This document shows positions 1-12,800 of a stretch of 64,000 bases of DNA, piece after piece; position 1 is the first letter of the stretch, and each line of letters begins with the position of its first letter. This stretch comes from Phallusia mammillata (Eukaryota), in assembly GCA_965637545.1 (NCBI GenBank), contig OZ281494.1, positions 11,284,001 to 11,348,000 of the forward strand, written 5' to 3'. Position numbers and translations under genes: made by a program. The notes under the pieces are model-generated. The model saw only the letters and a list, made by a program, of their open reading frames with translations. It was not told the origin of the DNA and ran no database searches.

Positions 1-458
1 CTGAACAGGTGTAAATCGTTAGAGGTTAGAGTGCTATTAAAATATACAGCGGGTGGTCGGTTTTAAAGGGTTATAAAACGACACAAGTTTCACCAGTTGG
101 ATAACGCGTACCAAGTTTGTATCCTGTTTCAAGCCAGTGAGAAAAGGCCAACTTCCAAATGCGATGTTTACTAAGGTGTTTCCGGTGTTTGCTTACACTG
201 ACTTATTCATTACTTATACATGACCAGGCTCGGCTTACCGAAAGGGACGTTTAAACAATGATTTATCTTTTTCCGATACAAATCGTTTTTAAGGGGGATT
301 TTACACGATTGTGCTGAGCTCCTTAAAAACACACTATGACTGTAACTAAACAAGCTGTTCATTGTATTTTCAAACACCCAGAGCTTTATCAATTTTTTTC
401 ATGAAAACATGAAAATCATGTTTTTTGGCATGAAAGGTCATGGACTGACCAAAATCTT

Positions 459-3400
459 TCACAAACCCCTAAGCAACGTTTTCCCTGGGTTTTTGATTGA
501 ACCCCAAGAAGACAGAACTTTGAGCACTGTTGAGAAAGTTGGCATATGTGTACCTTGGAAATTGGTTGGTTGTGGTTGTGGGGCATATTCTGTTGTGTTG
601 GGAATTGGAGCAGTTGGGACAGGTTGAAAGCTGGTTTCAGCTACTTCTGGTGGTGTTGCCATATTACCCATAGTTGACCGAAGTGGAATGGTTCCAATTT
701 CAATGGGTGCTGGCACACGTAGATTTATGTGACAAGTTGGCGTCTCAACACATAACTATAAAAAGCGGACACAAAGAAAGCATGGATAAAATTTCAAACA
801 ATTGTTTAGGTGCAATTTGATTACTTCCCTGGTAACACACCTACACACATAAGCATAGGGCCCAATTAAATTCACAGGAAATAGAACTTCCTATTCACGT
901 ATTGGTATCAATATGTATATACATAGTATAAATAAAAGATTTACAATTGTAAGGTGGTATTATCACACATCACTAGAAAGTATTATAGGTTTGTGTTACA
1001 GACTACATTGTTCCAGAAAAAGTTCTCAACCAACCTGAACAAAATATCTAATGTCGATTATGTTGCAGAAGCGTAGTGGTGATGGTGGCAAGGCAGGAAT
1101 CTAGCATGACAGGAAAATATCATTAATATTTGCTTTAGTTTTAGTTAAAAATACCTAAGCCATTACAGTGTCAAATTATCTTACAAAACCAATTGTGTCA
1201 ACTTTGGTACAAAAAAATGTAACAAAAACACTTCTGACACTCAAGTGTCCAGCATAACAAAGCCTTTTACAATTCTTGGCTTTGTTGAAAACTTTCCAAT
1301 GCTAAAATACACCCAAATCACTTTACAATCAGGATGAAATAAGTACACAAAATATAAACCTAACCGACTTAATGTAAAAATCATTTTTATGTGATTGGAT
1401 ACATGTTGTCAGCAGCAGATGAGTAAAAAACTTTAATTGGTATTCTGATATGTTTATAAACATACTTGTAATCTTTGGTTGCTAAGATGGGCGGATGTAT
1501 GGCTACCACATCCTGGACCACGACCAGAAACCAACGTAACAGGAAATGATCGCGACTTTCTGGTCGAGTGTTGTGTCACCATTTGTACTAGATCGTATGA
1601 GCTCCCCTCCAAGGTTGTGGAGCTAAAAAATTTAAATTAAAAAAAATGTTATTTGGGACATAAATAAAGACTTATAATATATATGACAAGTGTTTGCTGC
1701 AATGAAATGACAATAAGGTGCTCCACTTCTCTTAAAACTTATTACATCAGCACTTTCTTGTTTTCATTTTTTTTAAAGCAGGATGTTGCATAATTCTTTA
1801 CACAAAAATGAATCAGTGTGTCCACTGTTTAAACAAAATATTTCCTGAATGCATTCTTTAGAAACAGAGTTAGTAATAAGATAAAACAAATAAACAGATA
1901 GAGTTCTCTTTGACATATGTTACGTTAGACCACGGGTCACCAAGCTACGGACCCAGCCCGCAACCACGTTTTGTTTTTTCTTTCCAAACTGTATTGATAA
2001 CTTTGTAACATTCAAAAAATTAATCTATTTCTGACAAAAGGTTTCCTATTGCCTCGCATGTTAGGTTTGGAAAGACGGCGCTGACTATAAAAACTATGCG
2101 GCCCGCGCAAATCATTTTTAATCTTATCCGGCCCGCAGTGAAAAAAGTTTGGTGACCCCTGAGTAAGACCATTTTGAAAACACTTTTCAAGCAAATATGT
2201 ATAAAATATACTTTTTGTCTGAAATTAAAAAATGTACAAAGAGTGTAAAAACCTGTTGTTTTCAATAGAAGCATTTATATTGATAAATTCTCCTGGAACA
2301 TATCCAGTTCTATCAGTGTTTACTTTGCCTTCAATTGGGCCACTTGCACAACACCAACAACACAGCTGCTTCGAATCACAACCCGATGATGGCATCTAAA
2401 TCCATTGTTCAATATTAGAATGTGTTTGAGATCATTTATATCACTAGGCAATAAAACATGAAAGCCTGGTTACCAAGGATTGAGGATTTTGATTAAGATC
2501 TATGCAATCCAAAACCGTAAAGAGCACCATAGTCTTGATGTCACTGAAAATTCCAGAACGGTCAATTTTTCCTTTGATCATGTACCGTACATAGCCACCA
2601 GAAACTGTTAAGAGTTTGCCAGTTGTTAGTTGTATATTATGTGGTGTACTCAATAATTTTACACACAAACCATTTGCTACCAACATCCTATATTAATTTG
2701 TGAGCAAGATTCATTTGAATTTCTACCTTTCTGCAGCATTTAAATACGTAATTGCTTTGCAACAAACAACAAAAGGGTCCCAACATAAATACATGCAAAT
2801 AGATAGGTTATTTTTGGACTGCAAATGGCCAATTTGTGGTAAGACTGAAAGGCCAAAGTTACTGACCGTCCAAATAGCTTTAGATAAGGTTTTTACAAAC
2901 ACAATGTGTTAATCTAATATTGAAAAACAAGTTTTTATCTGAACTTAAGTGATATTTGATGAGTTGTTTATGTCAAAATATTACGGCAAGTCTTACTACA
3001 AACTAAAAATTCAGATGCCATAATCATAAATCAGTAATTCAATTCAATTGGAACTCTTACAATACTAAATATTTATAATTACCTTCAAAAGAAGATGGAA
3101 GATTGTTGGGTAATTGAAATTGGAAAGGGTAGACATTCCTTCCAGCTGCAATTTTGGGACTTCTGCCTAAACATATTACTTTGTGTCAAAAGTAAATATA
3201 TACTTCTTTCGAAAGAGAATGTATAGATGAGCTTAGCACAAAAACAGATACATATTTTTCAGGAAAGTGTGTTAATGGAGTAAAATGTAAATAAACAGAA
3301 ATCTACTTACTTGAGTCCATAAGAACCACACCCAGTTTAAAGTATGTTTCCCTTGCACTGTAATGCTCTGTGCGTCGGTTGTCGCCAGATCCATGTGATT

Positions 3401-3628
3401 CACTCCAATGGACATAAGCTTGACCTTTAAACTTAACTTCAATCTCTAAATACAAAACATATACCCAATTTTATGCAAGCATTAGTAAAGAAAAATAAAT
3501 GGCATAAACATACTTTTAAAATCCATTGAATCATTACTCTCGATGATGAGGTTTCCAGCAACAAAATCACCTGGCACATAGACAAATTTGTTGCCATTTA
3601 CTTCAATATACAACTTTGGTTTGCCCAT
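459..3628 (-). CDS. Alpha-arrestin / arrestin domain-containing protein, copy A (ARRDC-like), at least 8 coding exons; 3' end uncertain
   Basis: Phase-consistent GT-AG exons: 3628-3514, 3445-3311, 3166-3083, 2604-2474, 2395-2253, 1622-1466, 1100-1035, 755-459. The last exon either reads to TGA at 461-459 (375 aa) or splices at a phase-1 GTACAC donor after 554. Translation has Arrestin_N/C-type motifs: KFKGQAYVHWSE, YPFQFQLPNNLPSSFE, GYVRY, KQLCCWCCASGPIEG, DRTGYVPGE, IPALPPSPLRFCNIIDIRY, IEIGTIPL. The one-to-one vertebrate orthologue cannot be assigned by eye. Confidence 0.93.
1931..2161. mobile_element. Non-autonomous hAT (Charlie/Buster-like) MITE, decayed, in ARRDC-A intron 5
   Basis: TIRs cacgggtcaccaagct / agtttggtgacccctg (14/16), subterminal GGCCCGC motifs, imperfect 8-bp TSD cgttagac / agtaagac. 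Confidence 0.75.
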
Positions 3629-5531
3629 TTTGAGCCAGTTCAAGCACAATAGTTTTTGATTATTTGTATCAACGTACTAGACAGCAGACAGGATATACAA
3701 GAACAACTGCAAGAAAGTAAACGCAATGTTTAGAAAAGCAGAACAATCACACACAACGTTTCACAAAAGTGATTTTTCACACGAGTTTCTGTGAAATTGT
3801 ACTCTTTCTTTTTAGACTATCATGACCACAAAGACACAGCTCAAGAAACAGGCAGTCTTTGCTCTCAGCAAAAGTGCGACGTACTTCTAACCACACAGTC
3901 ACACTGTCACAAAGACACAAACTAAATTACCCACTTTCACAACAACACAGTCACAGCATAACAAACTGCCTTTTTTCTGAAATCTGCACGCATGACTTCG
4001 TAGCGTCGTGCCGAAGCAACGCAATGGTTGTGGAATTTTTTGGACGCTTCTGACTGTTTGTCACGACTGAAACTCTGTTGTGAATCATCGTGATCGTTTA
4101 CACACTTGGTTTCTAAACATTTTAGTTTGTTCCAATTCACAACTTGCTCCCTCCGAAACGCATAATAAGCATTCCGACAAAATTTGTGTAATTAACTCTG
4201 ACGATGACGTCCCCATACTCTTCCTAAAAAACAAATCAAACAAGGGTCTGTGTTTAGGCTACGCCCACTTTCCTACGAGATTCTCTAAAATCAACAAGCT
4301 CTGTTTATAAAGAGTTTTTGTTTTGCTAAAATACGCCATCCGCAACTAAAATGTTCTATTTAAACCATGTAGCTTAGTTTATGGAATCTATCCTAATACA
4401 ATGGCCAGTCGTTGTGCACATGCAAAATACTCGGTGAATTGTTTCTTTGCTGGCCAACAGAACTAAAAAATACGCCATCCACCCGAAAATAGCCTACGCT
4501 ACCTAGTCTCCTCTAAAATAATCAAATCTAAAAAATACGAAGGTAAAATGCGTATTTTAGAGTACGAATAGATTGAGTTGATTGGAAACTCGCCATTTCT
4601 AGCAGTGTATAGTTTATTGAGCACATTGAGTATGAAAGAGAAGTCCCTTTTAGTTACAGAATTAGGCGCCACAGGATAGATTGGTAATCTGCCACTTGAC
4701 AAATGACAACAAATGTTCACGACTATTTTTATCGACGTTGGGCGTCTGACAATGCATATTGAGCTATTTTTCACCAGCTAAACAAAACGTAAAAAAATAC
4801 GTGTCAAAGTGTCATCAACCTGTGACGTTGTTGTGTTGGTGCATTAACTATTTTTCAATGAGACAACACCACATCAGTAATGTCATCTCTGGCGGAAGTT
4901 ACGTGTAAAGTTACAACAGAGCGTAACTTCAAAAAAATAGTTTTAGTAACAAAGCTGCGAATTAGCCCCAAATGTATGGTCTGTCAAGAAACATAGGCAA
5001 ACATTCTGAATTTTAAGGTATTCTTTTGTTTCTGAAAAAGTTGTAGGCATAAAAAACATTGGCTCACCTGGGTATACCTTCATTTAACAAACGCACTGCC
5101 ATATTAGGCATATAACATACACATTTATCGTTAACAGGCTACATTAATCACTATGTCATTAATTTTTTATAACCCGTTTTCTTAAATACTCGATTTGCAA
5201 CAAACAAAAACAGTGCCCAACTTTCACAATAGATTTTTGCAAAAAAATAAATAAAACGAAAACCTGGTATTATTTAGAAATCAGCGCTGTATGAGGTTTA
5301 GTGAAGAATATTGTTAACAGTTGTGTAAATATATATATATACGATTTGCATACGATTTAAAAGCAACGATTTGCAATGACACAAAAGGCAAATGTAGTTC
5401 AGGCAACAAAGATAAGTGCGAATATACCAAATAAACAAGTACAAAGTTTAATCAGGCAAGCAAAACTTAGCAATAATAGTACATCAGATCATCAGAAAAA
5501 AGTAACTTTAGTACATCAGAAAAAAGTAACT

Positions 5532-8500
5532 TTATTTGTTGTAGGTAAAAGCGCTTTGACTCCAGTCGTAATAGTTGTACTGTGGGGCGAAGGTGGTGGC
5601 CGTGCCTTCGTATGTTGCTTTGGTTTCTATGTTGACAGCAGTCGCAGCAGAGTAAGAAGGTGGAGGAGCTAAAATTCCAAATATCTCAGGTAAAAAAGCC
5701 ATATATTTCCAGCTCGATGAGTATTTTAGTGCAATTATCCTGCAACAATTTGTTTCACCCTACAAAATAAACTAAACTCATATTTAACTGGGTGGCTTAG
5801 CATATAGAGCCATTGCACATTGTTACTTATTTTGAAAGAGCTTATGTTTACTTCATTTTTCAGCTTTGGGCCCATATTTGAAAAAAACTTGATGATTGGG
5901 TTTGAACCCAATTAACCTGATGAGACTAGATCATATACTTCACCATTATTTGAAATAAGGTGGCTCTCTTATACTAAATGTTAAGCAAAACACTGATGCT
6001 TTATCAAGTCCGCTTATTCTGAGGCTTGAAATTTATTACTTTCTGCAATTCTAATATTCGGCCCTCCACACATTTTACCATTCAAAGCTTTACAACTAAT
6101 CAAAACACAACTTATTGGATGGAAACAGTGATAACAAAAAAATTACTGAAGGAAATTGCCTGCTAGAAAACAGGTACTTGATACTTTAATGCCTTACCGT
6201 ATTCTGCTGCATGATCCTCTGTTGACATTGGTGGAGCAGATGGTTGTGGCATCCTACCAGCCATTTGAAGTGGAACAGTTCCAATACCAATCGGAGCAGG
6301 TATGCGTAGATTGATGTGACAAGTTGGTGTCTCCACACATAACTACAAAATGGTGAAACCTAATAAAGACTTTATTCGGTGGGCTTTAAACTTGGGAAAA
6401 AACAAAATTTAACTTTGAATCTATATTTACTTAATACATATGAAACATCTGAGGGATTGCTTTCGACCTTTCGAAACCAAAATTTAAATGTGGATTAGAA
6501 AACAGGATTTCTTTTTACTTATAGATACTCACTTGAACATAATACCGAATATCGATGATGTTGCAGAATCGAAGAGGCGATGGTGGTAATGCAGGTATCT
6601 TAAAAACATATGTTTGTTATGTTAAATTACAGAAAAGCATAGTTTGTATGTATCTCACCTGTATACGCTGATTACTAATTTGGGCTGACGAATGTCTTTT
6701 ACATCCAGGCCCATTATTAGTAACAATTTCCACTGGAAATGATCTTGTTTTGCGTGTAGCACGTTGTGTTACCTGTTGGAAGATGCTGTATTGGCATCCA
6801 GTGAGATCAGTTGAACTGCATGAAAACATTGAATGCCAAAAGTTATTTTTGACAAAAAATGAGCCTAAATATACCATTAAAGGTAAATATAGATAAAATG
6901 CATTATTGCCAGTAAACAGAATACGTTGTTTCCTATTCTTGTTGTCAAGGGAAGACTTGCTAATTTGTCAAACAGCAAATGCGACACAACCAATTGTAAT
7001 TGTATGTAATTTAACACCTCATGTAACATGAACCCCCCCCCCCCCCCCCCCCAACAAAACAATTCCATGCAATATTGTGGCCTTGTTGAAACATAATTTT
7101 CATGGTGAGTAAAATCCACAGACAAGGCTGTAGGCACAAAATCCATTAGGTATAGAATAAATGATTTAAAGTTACTGCTTTGACCGCCTGGCTCAAAAAT
7201 AGTAAACACAGAAACATCAAAATAAACAAGTGAATAGTTTAGGCATTTACACATAAGATTGACAAAATTATTACAGCATTAAAATTTTGAATCTTGTTGT
7301 GCGGTAAATACAGTTAAAAATAAAAAAGTACAAACTAACCTATGGTTTTCTATAGAACCACTGATAGTTATGAATTCTCCAGGAACATAAGCACTTCGAT
7401 CAGTTGCAATAGTACCTTCAATTGGGCCACTAGAACAACACCAACAACATAGCTGCTTCTCATCAGAACCCGATGAAGGAGTCTAATAAAATCACATTAA
7501 TTTAAAACATATTTTTTAAAAACTATTGTAAAGCATAGTGTTTATAATTCTAAACCTTTATTTAGCTCTGTAACCTAACAGAATTTTTCTTATAATTTGA
7601 AAATTCCATTGAAAGTTTAGGACAAAAACATTACAATTTTGAGTTTGTTGCCTGTTTGCTTCATGACAATTTTATTAAAAATGCTTAATTTGTAACTAAA
7701 GTTAGAATTTTTTTTTAATGTGGTTAATTTTTTTTATGCATTTAAGTAAATGGAACAAAATATATAAAGAAAAAATTAAAAACATTGAATCTCACGAGAG
7801 TGTTTGCATTCTGATTGAGATCAATGCAATCCAAAACTGTAAAAAGCATCATTGTCTTGATGTCATTGAAAAATCCAGAGCGGTCAATTTTTCCTTTTAT
7901 TATGTACCTGACATAACCACCAGAAACTGTGAAACAATTTCAATAGGTATCAGAATGTATACATCAGGCAAAGGTTGTTTCGATTGTGACCCAATGTTTA
8001 GCACAACGGTGGTGGGTTCAAATCCTGTCTCTACCACTTAAGTTTTACCAAGCAAGAAATACAAGCAGCATTGCCCAAACTTGGTGGAACCAAATGGGTT
8101 AAATCAAATTGAAATGACTCTTCGAATTGAAAAATAATATGATTCAACAGACTTGATTCATATGAATGATTCAACGGTGGGCTCATTTCGAGCATAACTC
8201 ATTAAGACATTGCCCACCCAATCACGGTAAAAATAAATCAAACAAAAAAAACTTGTTTTAGGCAGTATGCATTTATCAGGACTTGCTTGACACAATTTCT
8301 CAAAAATACCAAACGTCTTATGGAGTATATATGCAAAAGACTGTTTAATTTCAATGTAACATGTAACAAACCCTCAATTGATGACGGTAGATCATTTGGA
8401 AGTTGGAATTGAAATGGATAAACATTTCTTCCTTGAGGCAGTTTGGTATTTCCACCTATAACAAATGGGAATGTGGATATTTTCACAGTGATATGTTTAT

Positions 8501-8878
8501 GTCACTTGTTTGCAAACTATGATTAAATACAACAAACATGCACTAACCTGAATCTGCCACAACAACTGCTTGTTTGAAATATGTCTCCCTTGCACTGTAA
8601 TGTACAGTCCGCCTCCTCTTGCCAGATCCTCTTCGCTCACTCCAATGCACATATGCCTGGCCCTTAAACTTCATTTCAATCTCTAAGAAAAAAAATTTTA
8701 ACATGTAAAAATGTTAAACCATAACCGTTTTTTGTCACATTAAGTAAAGTGAAGCCATCTTACTTTTAAAATCTAAAGATTCGTTGGCATCTATGACAAG
8801 GTTTCCTGAGACAAACTCTCCCGGAGTAAAAATAACTCTGTTGTCATTGGTCTCCACATGTATCCGTGCTTTGCCCAT
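5532..8878 (-). CDS. Alpha-arrestin / arrestin domain-containing protein, copy B (ARRDC-like), 9 coding exons, 370 aa, C-terminal PPxY
   Basis: Exons 8878-8764, 8682-8548, 8455-8372, 7926-7796, 7482-7340, 6815-6659, 6598-6533, 6342-6198, 5668-5532 total 1113 nt, in frame to TAA. The first seven exons match copy A in size (115/135/84/131/143/157/66). Same arrestin motifs plus APPPSY in the last exon. Confidence 0.95.
7033..7052. repeat. C20 homopolymer (G20 on the ARRDC-B sense strand), intron 5
   Basis: Run of 20 C in otherwise AT-rich intron. Confidence 0.95.
7985..8085 (+). mobile_element. Decayed tRNA-derived SINE-like fragment
   Basis: B-box-like GGTGGGTTCAAATCC (about 8011-8025) followed by sequence loosely resembling a SINE core (caagcaag...cattgcc). 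No intact A box or cloverleaf. Confidence 0.35.
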
Positions 8879-9880
8879 ATTTAGCAGACTTTTTTGTTGC
8901 GTTAAACTGAACAAATCAAATGCGCATTGCAAATATTTAGCGACCTAAAGCCGACTAAAAGACGTACTGCTTAACTGGGCTGATTTTGTCAACAGGGTGT
9001 CACAAAAAATTTTCAGCCTTCCTCGACTGACTGCTCCCTCTTTGAAATAACCTGCATAGCGGAATGAAAAAGCCCAAATGTGTTTATCATTGTAAGTGAT
9101 CACATCATGGTAATTTCACCGTTGTATTACCGTATATTATGGGTGGCATTTGCATCGTGAGTAATTTCTTCGGGGTAAATTTATCGAGAATTTAATTATA
9201 GCAATTTCAACCTTAGTAATTTTATCGCGGTATAAGTTCATCGGGAATGGTCATTGCAAACATTTCTTAGTGATCATTAAAGTTGTAAATAATTCGCGGT
9301 AATTCCATTACTGGTGAGTTCATCATGAGTATTTTCCAGAGGTGAACAGAGTGTGAATGAGCTCGGGCGATTTCAAACTTTCAAAAAAGTCATCTCCAAA
9401 ACATTTCGCGAAACACTGTCGCCGAAACCAGGCCAGAGTTGGTTTGTCTGTGTAAACTGATGAAAGCGGTAGACATGATCCATGGTAACCAAGGAGAATT
9501 GTTCCTTGGCGGGAAACTTTTTCCCATATTCAGTCAAGCGTGGAACAAACCACCGGCAACCTGTATCCTGTAGTCCTGTACCAATAGAACTAAAAAAAAC
9601 TGAAAGCCTGTCTAAAAACACCAAGAAAGAAAATTTAGGCCAAGTTGATTGTCAGGGTTTGCTAAAGTACAGTATGTTTGTATTGTATGAAAAAGTATAT
9701 GCTGGTAAAAGTTAACTATAAAGAACATGTGTCCAAAGAAAAACTACCCATAAATTTAAAACAAACATACTGAAGTGTTAAATTTATAGCTTATTGAAGT
9801 TTTGCACTGGTTTAAATCTAAATGTTGTTTTTCTACTTTTATAGCTGTGTATTGCAACAAATAAAAATTGTTTGCTGAGG
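8879..9880. promoter_or_regulatory. Putative bidirectional promoter between ARRDC-B and Nup155
   Basis: Divergent ATGs are 1002 bp apart. The interval is locally CpG-rich compared with the CpG-poor flanking gene bodies. TSS positions cannot be determined from sequence. Confidence 0.65.
9106..9340. repeat. Degenerate tandem repeat of about 15 bp, consensus near GGTAATTTCATCNNN
   Basis: Recurring units ggtaatttcac, agtaatttctt, ggtaaatttatc, gcaatttcaac, agtaattttatc, ggtataagttcatc, ggtaattccatt, ggtgagttcatc, agtattttcca. Confidence 0.6.
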
Positions 9881-12800
9881 ATGGATGGTACAGGTGGACC
9901 AAATTGTGCAAATATATCAGATGCTGCTGCCTTGGTCAGGAAAAACCTACAACAGGACAGAGAAACAATTGATTTAGCCACACAACTTAATATTACTTCT
10001 ATATGTAAGTGATGTAGGCTCTTGATTTAAACTAAAAAACATGTATATTCATGTAAGAGTTGTATTTCAGATTCAAGTGTAAGTAGTGGATTTAGCAAAG
10101 ATGATTACCCTACAACTGATGCTGCAAATTTTCCAGTAATTACTAATGTGCGCAGAGTGCCGCTGCCACCAGAATTGGTGGAACAGTTCAGCCGTATCCT
10201 TTAAAACTTGATGTTTTGCACATGTTAACATTACTAAAAACATTTAAAACGATGCCTACAAATTAAATACAGAATAGTTAAATGTTTTAATTGTATTTAC
10301 AATAAGAAATTGTTTAGTCTAGAAGTGCTTGTATAGTGCAAAGTATATGTACAGTTCTACTTCCATCCATTTTCTTAACCATTAACCTGAACCTACTTAA
10401 GACATGCAATGTAACTGCATCATTGGTGTTTTCCCACAAATTGGAAGAGCTTGGCTAACAGTGGATTCAGATATCTTTGTGTGGAGATACATTGATGGGG
10501 AAGATCTGGCATATTTTGATGGACTTTCAGAAACAATTTTAAGTGTCGCGTTGGTGGAGCCCAAACCAGGCATTTTTCGTGAACATATCAAATATCTGCT
10601 TGTGCTTACAACTGCTCTTGACGTGGTTCTGCTTGGAGTCAGCTTTGCAGATGATGGTATGCTATTTCTTTTTGTTCGGTCACCATTTAGTTTTGAGGTA
10701 TTACTACTTCAAACGTCCATAGTACATCACTGAGATGCCTTTTTTGATAGTTTATTATTTTATTTTAAAATAAAATCAAACCTACTCTGAAAACACTTGG
10801 GTGTCGATATTTTTAACAACCTTGTTGAAACAGAAGTTTTTTTTTCTTTTTGTTGGAAAAAAACTTTTTTTGTTTCTGCAGACATTAATGCTGAAATGCA
10901 CCTCCTGCCTGATCCACTTTTTACCATTTCCTCGGATGGAACTTATTTATTACACACTGTTGGAACTAACAACGGAAGAATTTTTTGTGGTGGAAAGGAT
11001 GGGTGTCTGTATGAAATTGTTTACCATGTATGTTCTGTGAATAATAATTACATGACCTGATGTTCTTTGAAAAGTGTTTATATTTTAGGCTGGTGGCGGA
11101 TGGTTTAGCAGAAAGTGCACAAAGATTAATCATTCAAGAAGCAGATTTTCATTTCTTCTACCATCAGTTGTAAATGTTTGGCTTTCTGAAGAAGGTTGGT
11201 TATATTGGTTAAGTTTTATTTATTATCAATTTATTTGTATAAATGTGTATTACTAAATGTTTACATTTTTTGAATTGCAGACAGCCTATGTCAGTTATCA
11301 ATTGATGATACCCGGAACATTCTGTATACAAGATCTGAGAAAGGTTCAATTACTGTAAGTATTATAATGCAAAGCTGCAGACAATGCACACTCTTTCGAC
11401 CTATAAGGTCTCATCAGTGCAGCTGGTGACGAGAGATAGGTTGAAACAAGTATATATAAAACACAAGTAGTCCATCCCATTGTTACGCGATAGAGCCTCA
11501 TGGACGCCATTTTGTGTCCAAATTAATACAGCAGGTATAGGGAAAAACACATAAATTGGCTGATTTTTACAAACTGGAGGGTTTTAGCACAAAATTGTGA
11601 GGAAATATCAAATAAAACTTTTCGGTTCGAACATTTGAGCTTGATAATGCATGCTGAATGCAAGTATTTTAAGTTTCATAAAAAATATGCGGCAAAATTT
11701 ACATAAAAAGAGCAGTTTAGCTTGTAATATTACGTTGAAATGGTAGAACCCGAGAGTTTCATTCAATTTGGTGAATCACATTGGCGTTTAAGCTCTCCAG
11801 TTTGTAAATATCAGACATTTTATGTGTTATTTTCCTCTACCCACCGTATCATTTTGGACACAAAATGGCTCCATAGGCTTTATTGCGTAACAATAGGTTG
11901 GACAACTTGTGTTTTATATAGACTTTGGGTTGAAACAGTGTGCACTGTCTGCAGCTTATCATTTATTGTCTCGATGTTTTACATTTATATTAACAGCACA
12001 TCTGTGTTGAAAACACAAAAAATACTACCGAACTCAACACTTAGAATTTGTTGTTTTTGTCGAATGAAATTAGATTGCCTATTTGCAGAATTCTTATGCA
12101 CCAGCATACTTTTTCCAAAATTGTAACATTTAGATGTGGTTTTCATTTTTTTTCGGTTCAGGTATATGATCTGGGTGCAGATGGACAGGGCTTGGTATGT
12201 GTTGCCCACACTAGACTAGACGCCATCCAGAGAAGAGCTCGTGAGATTGCTTCAACTATTGCCCCATCTAACTTAAATGAGATCATCCATATTGCACCAA
12301 TTACACTCAGGGAGTCAAGACACCTTCATTTAGTTGCTGTCACCCAGGCTGGTATGTAGGATTTCAGCAAAGGTAATGGCTATGTTTTGTCAGCTTAACC
12401 ACTTTATTTTACAGGTGTACGTTTATACTTTATGACTTGCAACATAAACATGCTTGCAAGCAATGTTAATGGTAAATTAACTCCCCCACCTCGACCCACT
12501 GCACTGTATTTGGTTCATGTTCGCCTTCCACCATTTTTTACAAGTTCCTCATTGCAACGTCCTTCTTCAGTTCATGCTGCCCATCATAATGCAGGTAGTT
12601 TTATTGCAAGCTTTTATATATGCAACGCAAGTTTTTTATATACATCTACATTGCAGAGTAATATTTGTTGCATGCAAGATCTGTTAATGATAGCTACAAA
12701 CTAAAAGCATATGTTTATTGCCAGGTACACTGTTGCTTGCATCGCGCAGTGGAGAAGATGGATTTATTTGGTGCATCAACAACGACATGTATGCATTCGA

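Noticed and set aside
4190-4575. Short direct and inverted repeats (ctaaaa..tacgccatcc twice; tacg...cgtattttag) between the ARRDC genes
   Set aside because: Possibly a decayed non-autonomous element, but no ends or TSD could be defined.
8005-8037. tRNA-like T-arm GGTTCAAATCC; similar fragment near 53128-53147
   Set aside because: No cloverleaf or A box, so not a tRNA gene; only the first is kept as a low-confidence SINE remnant.
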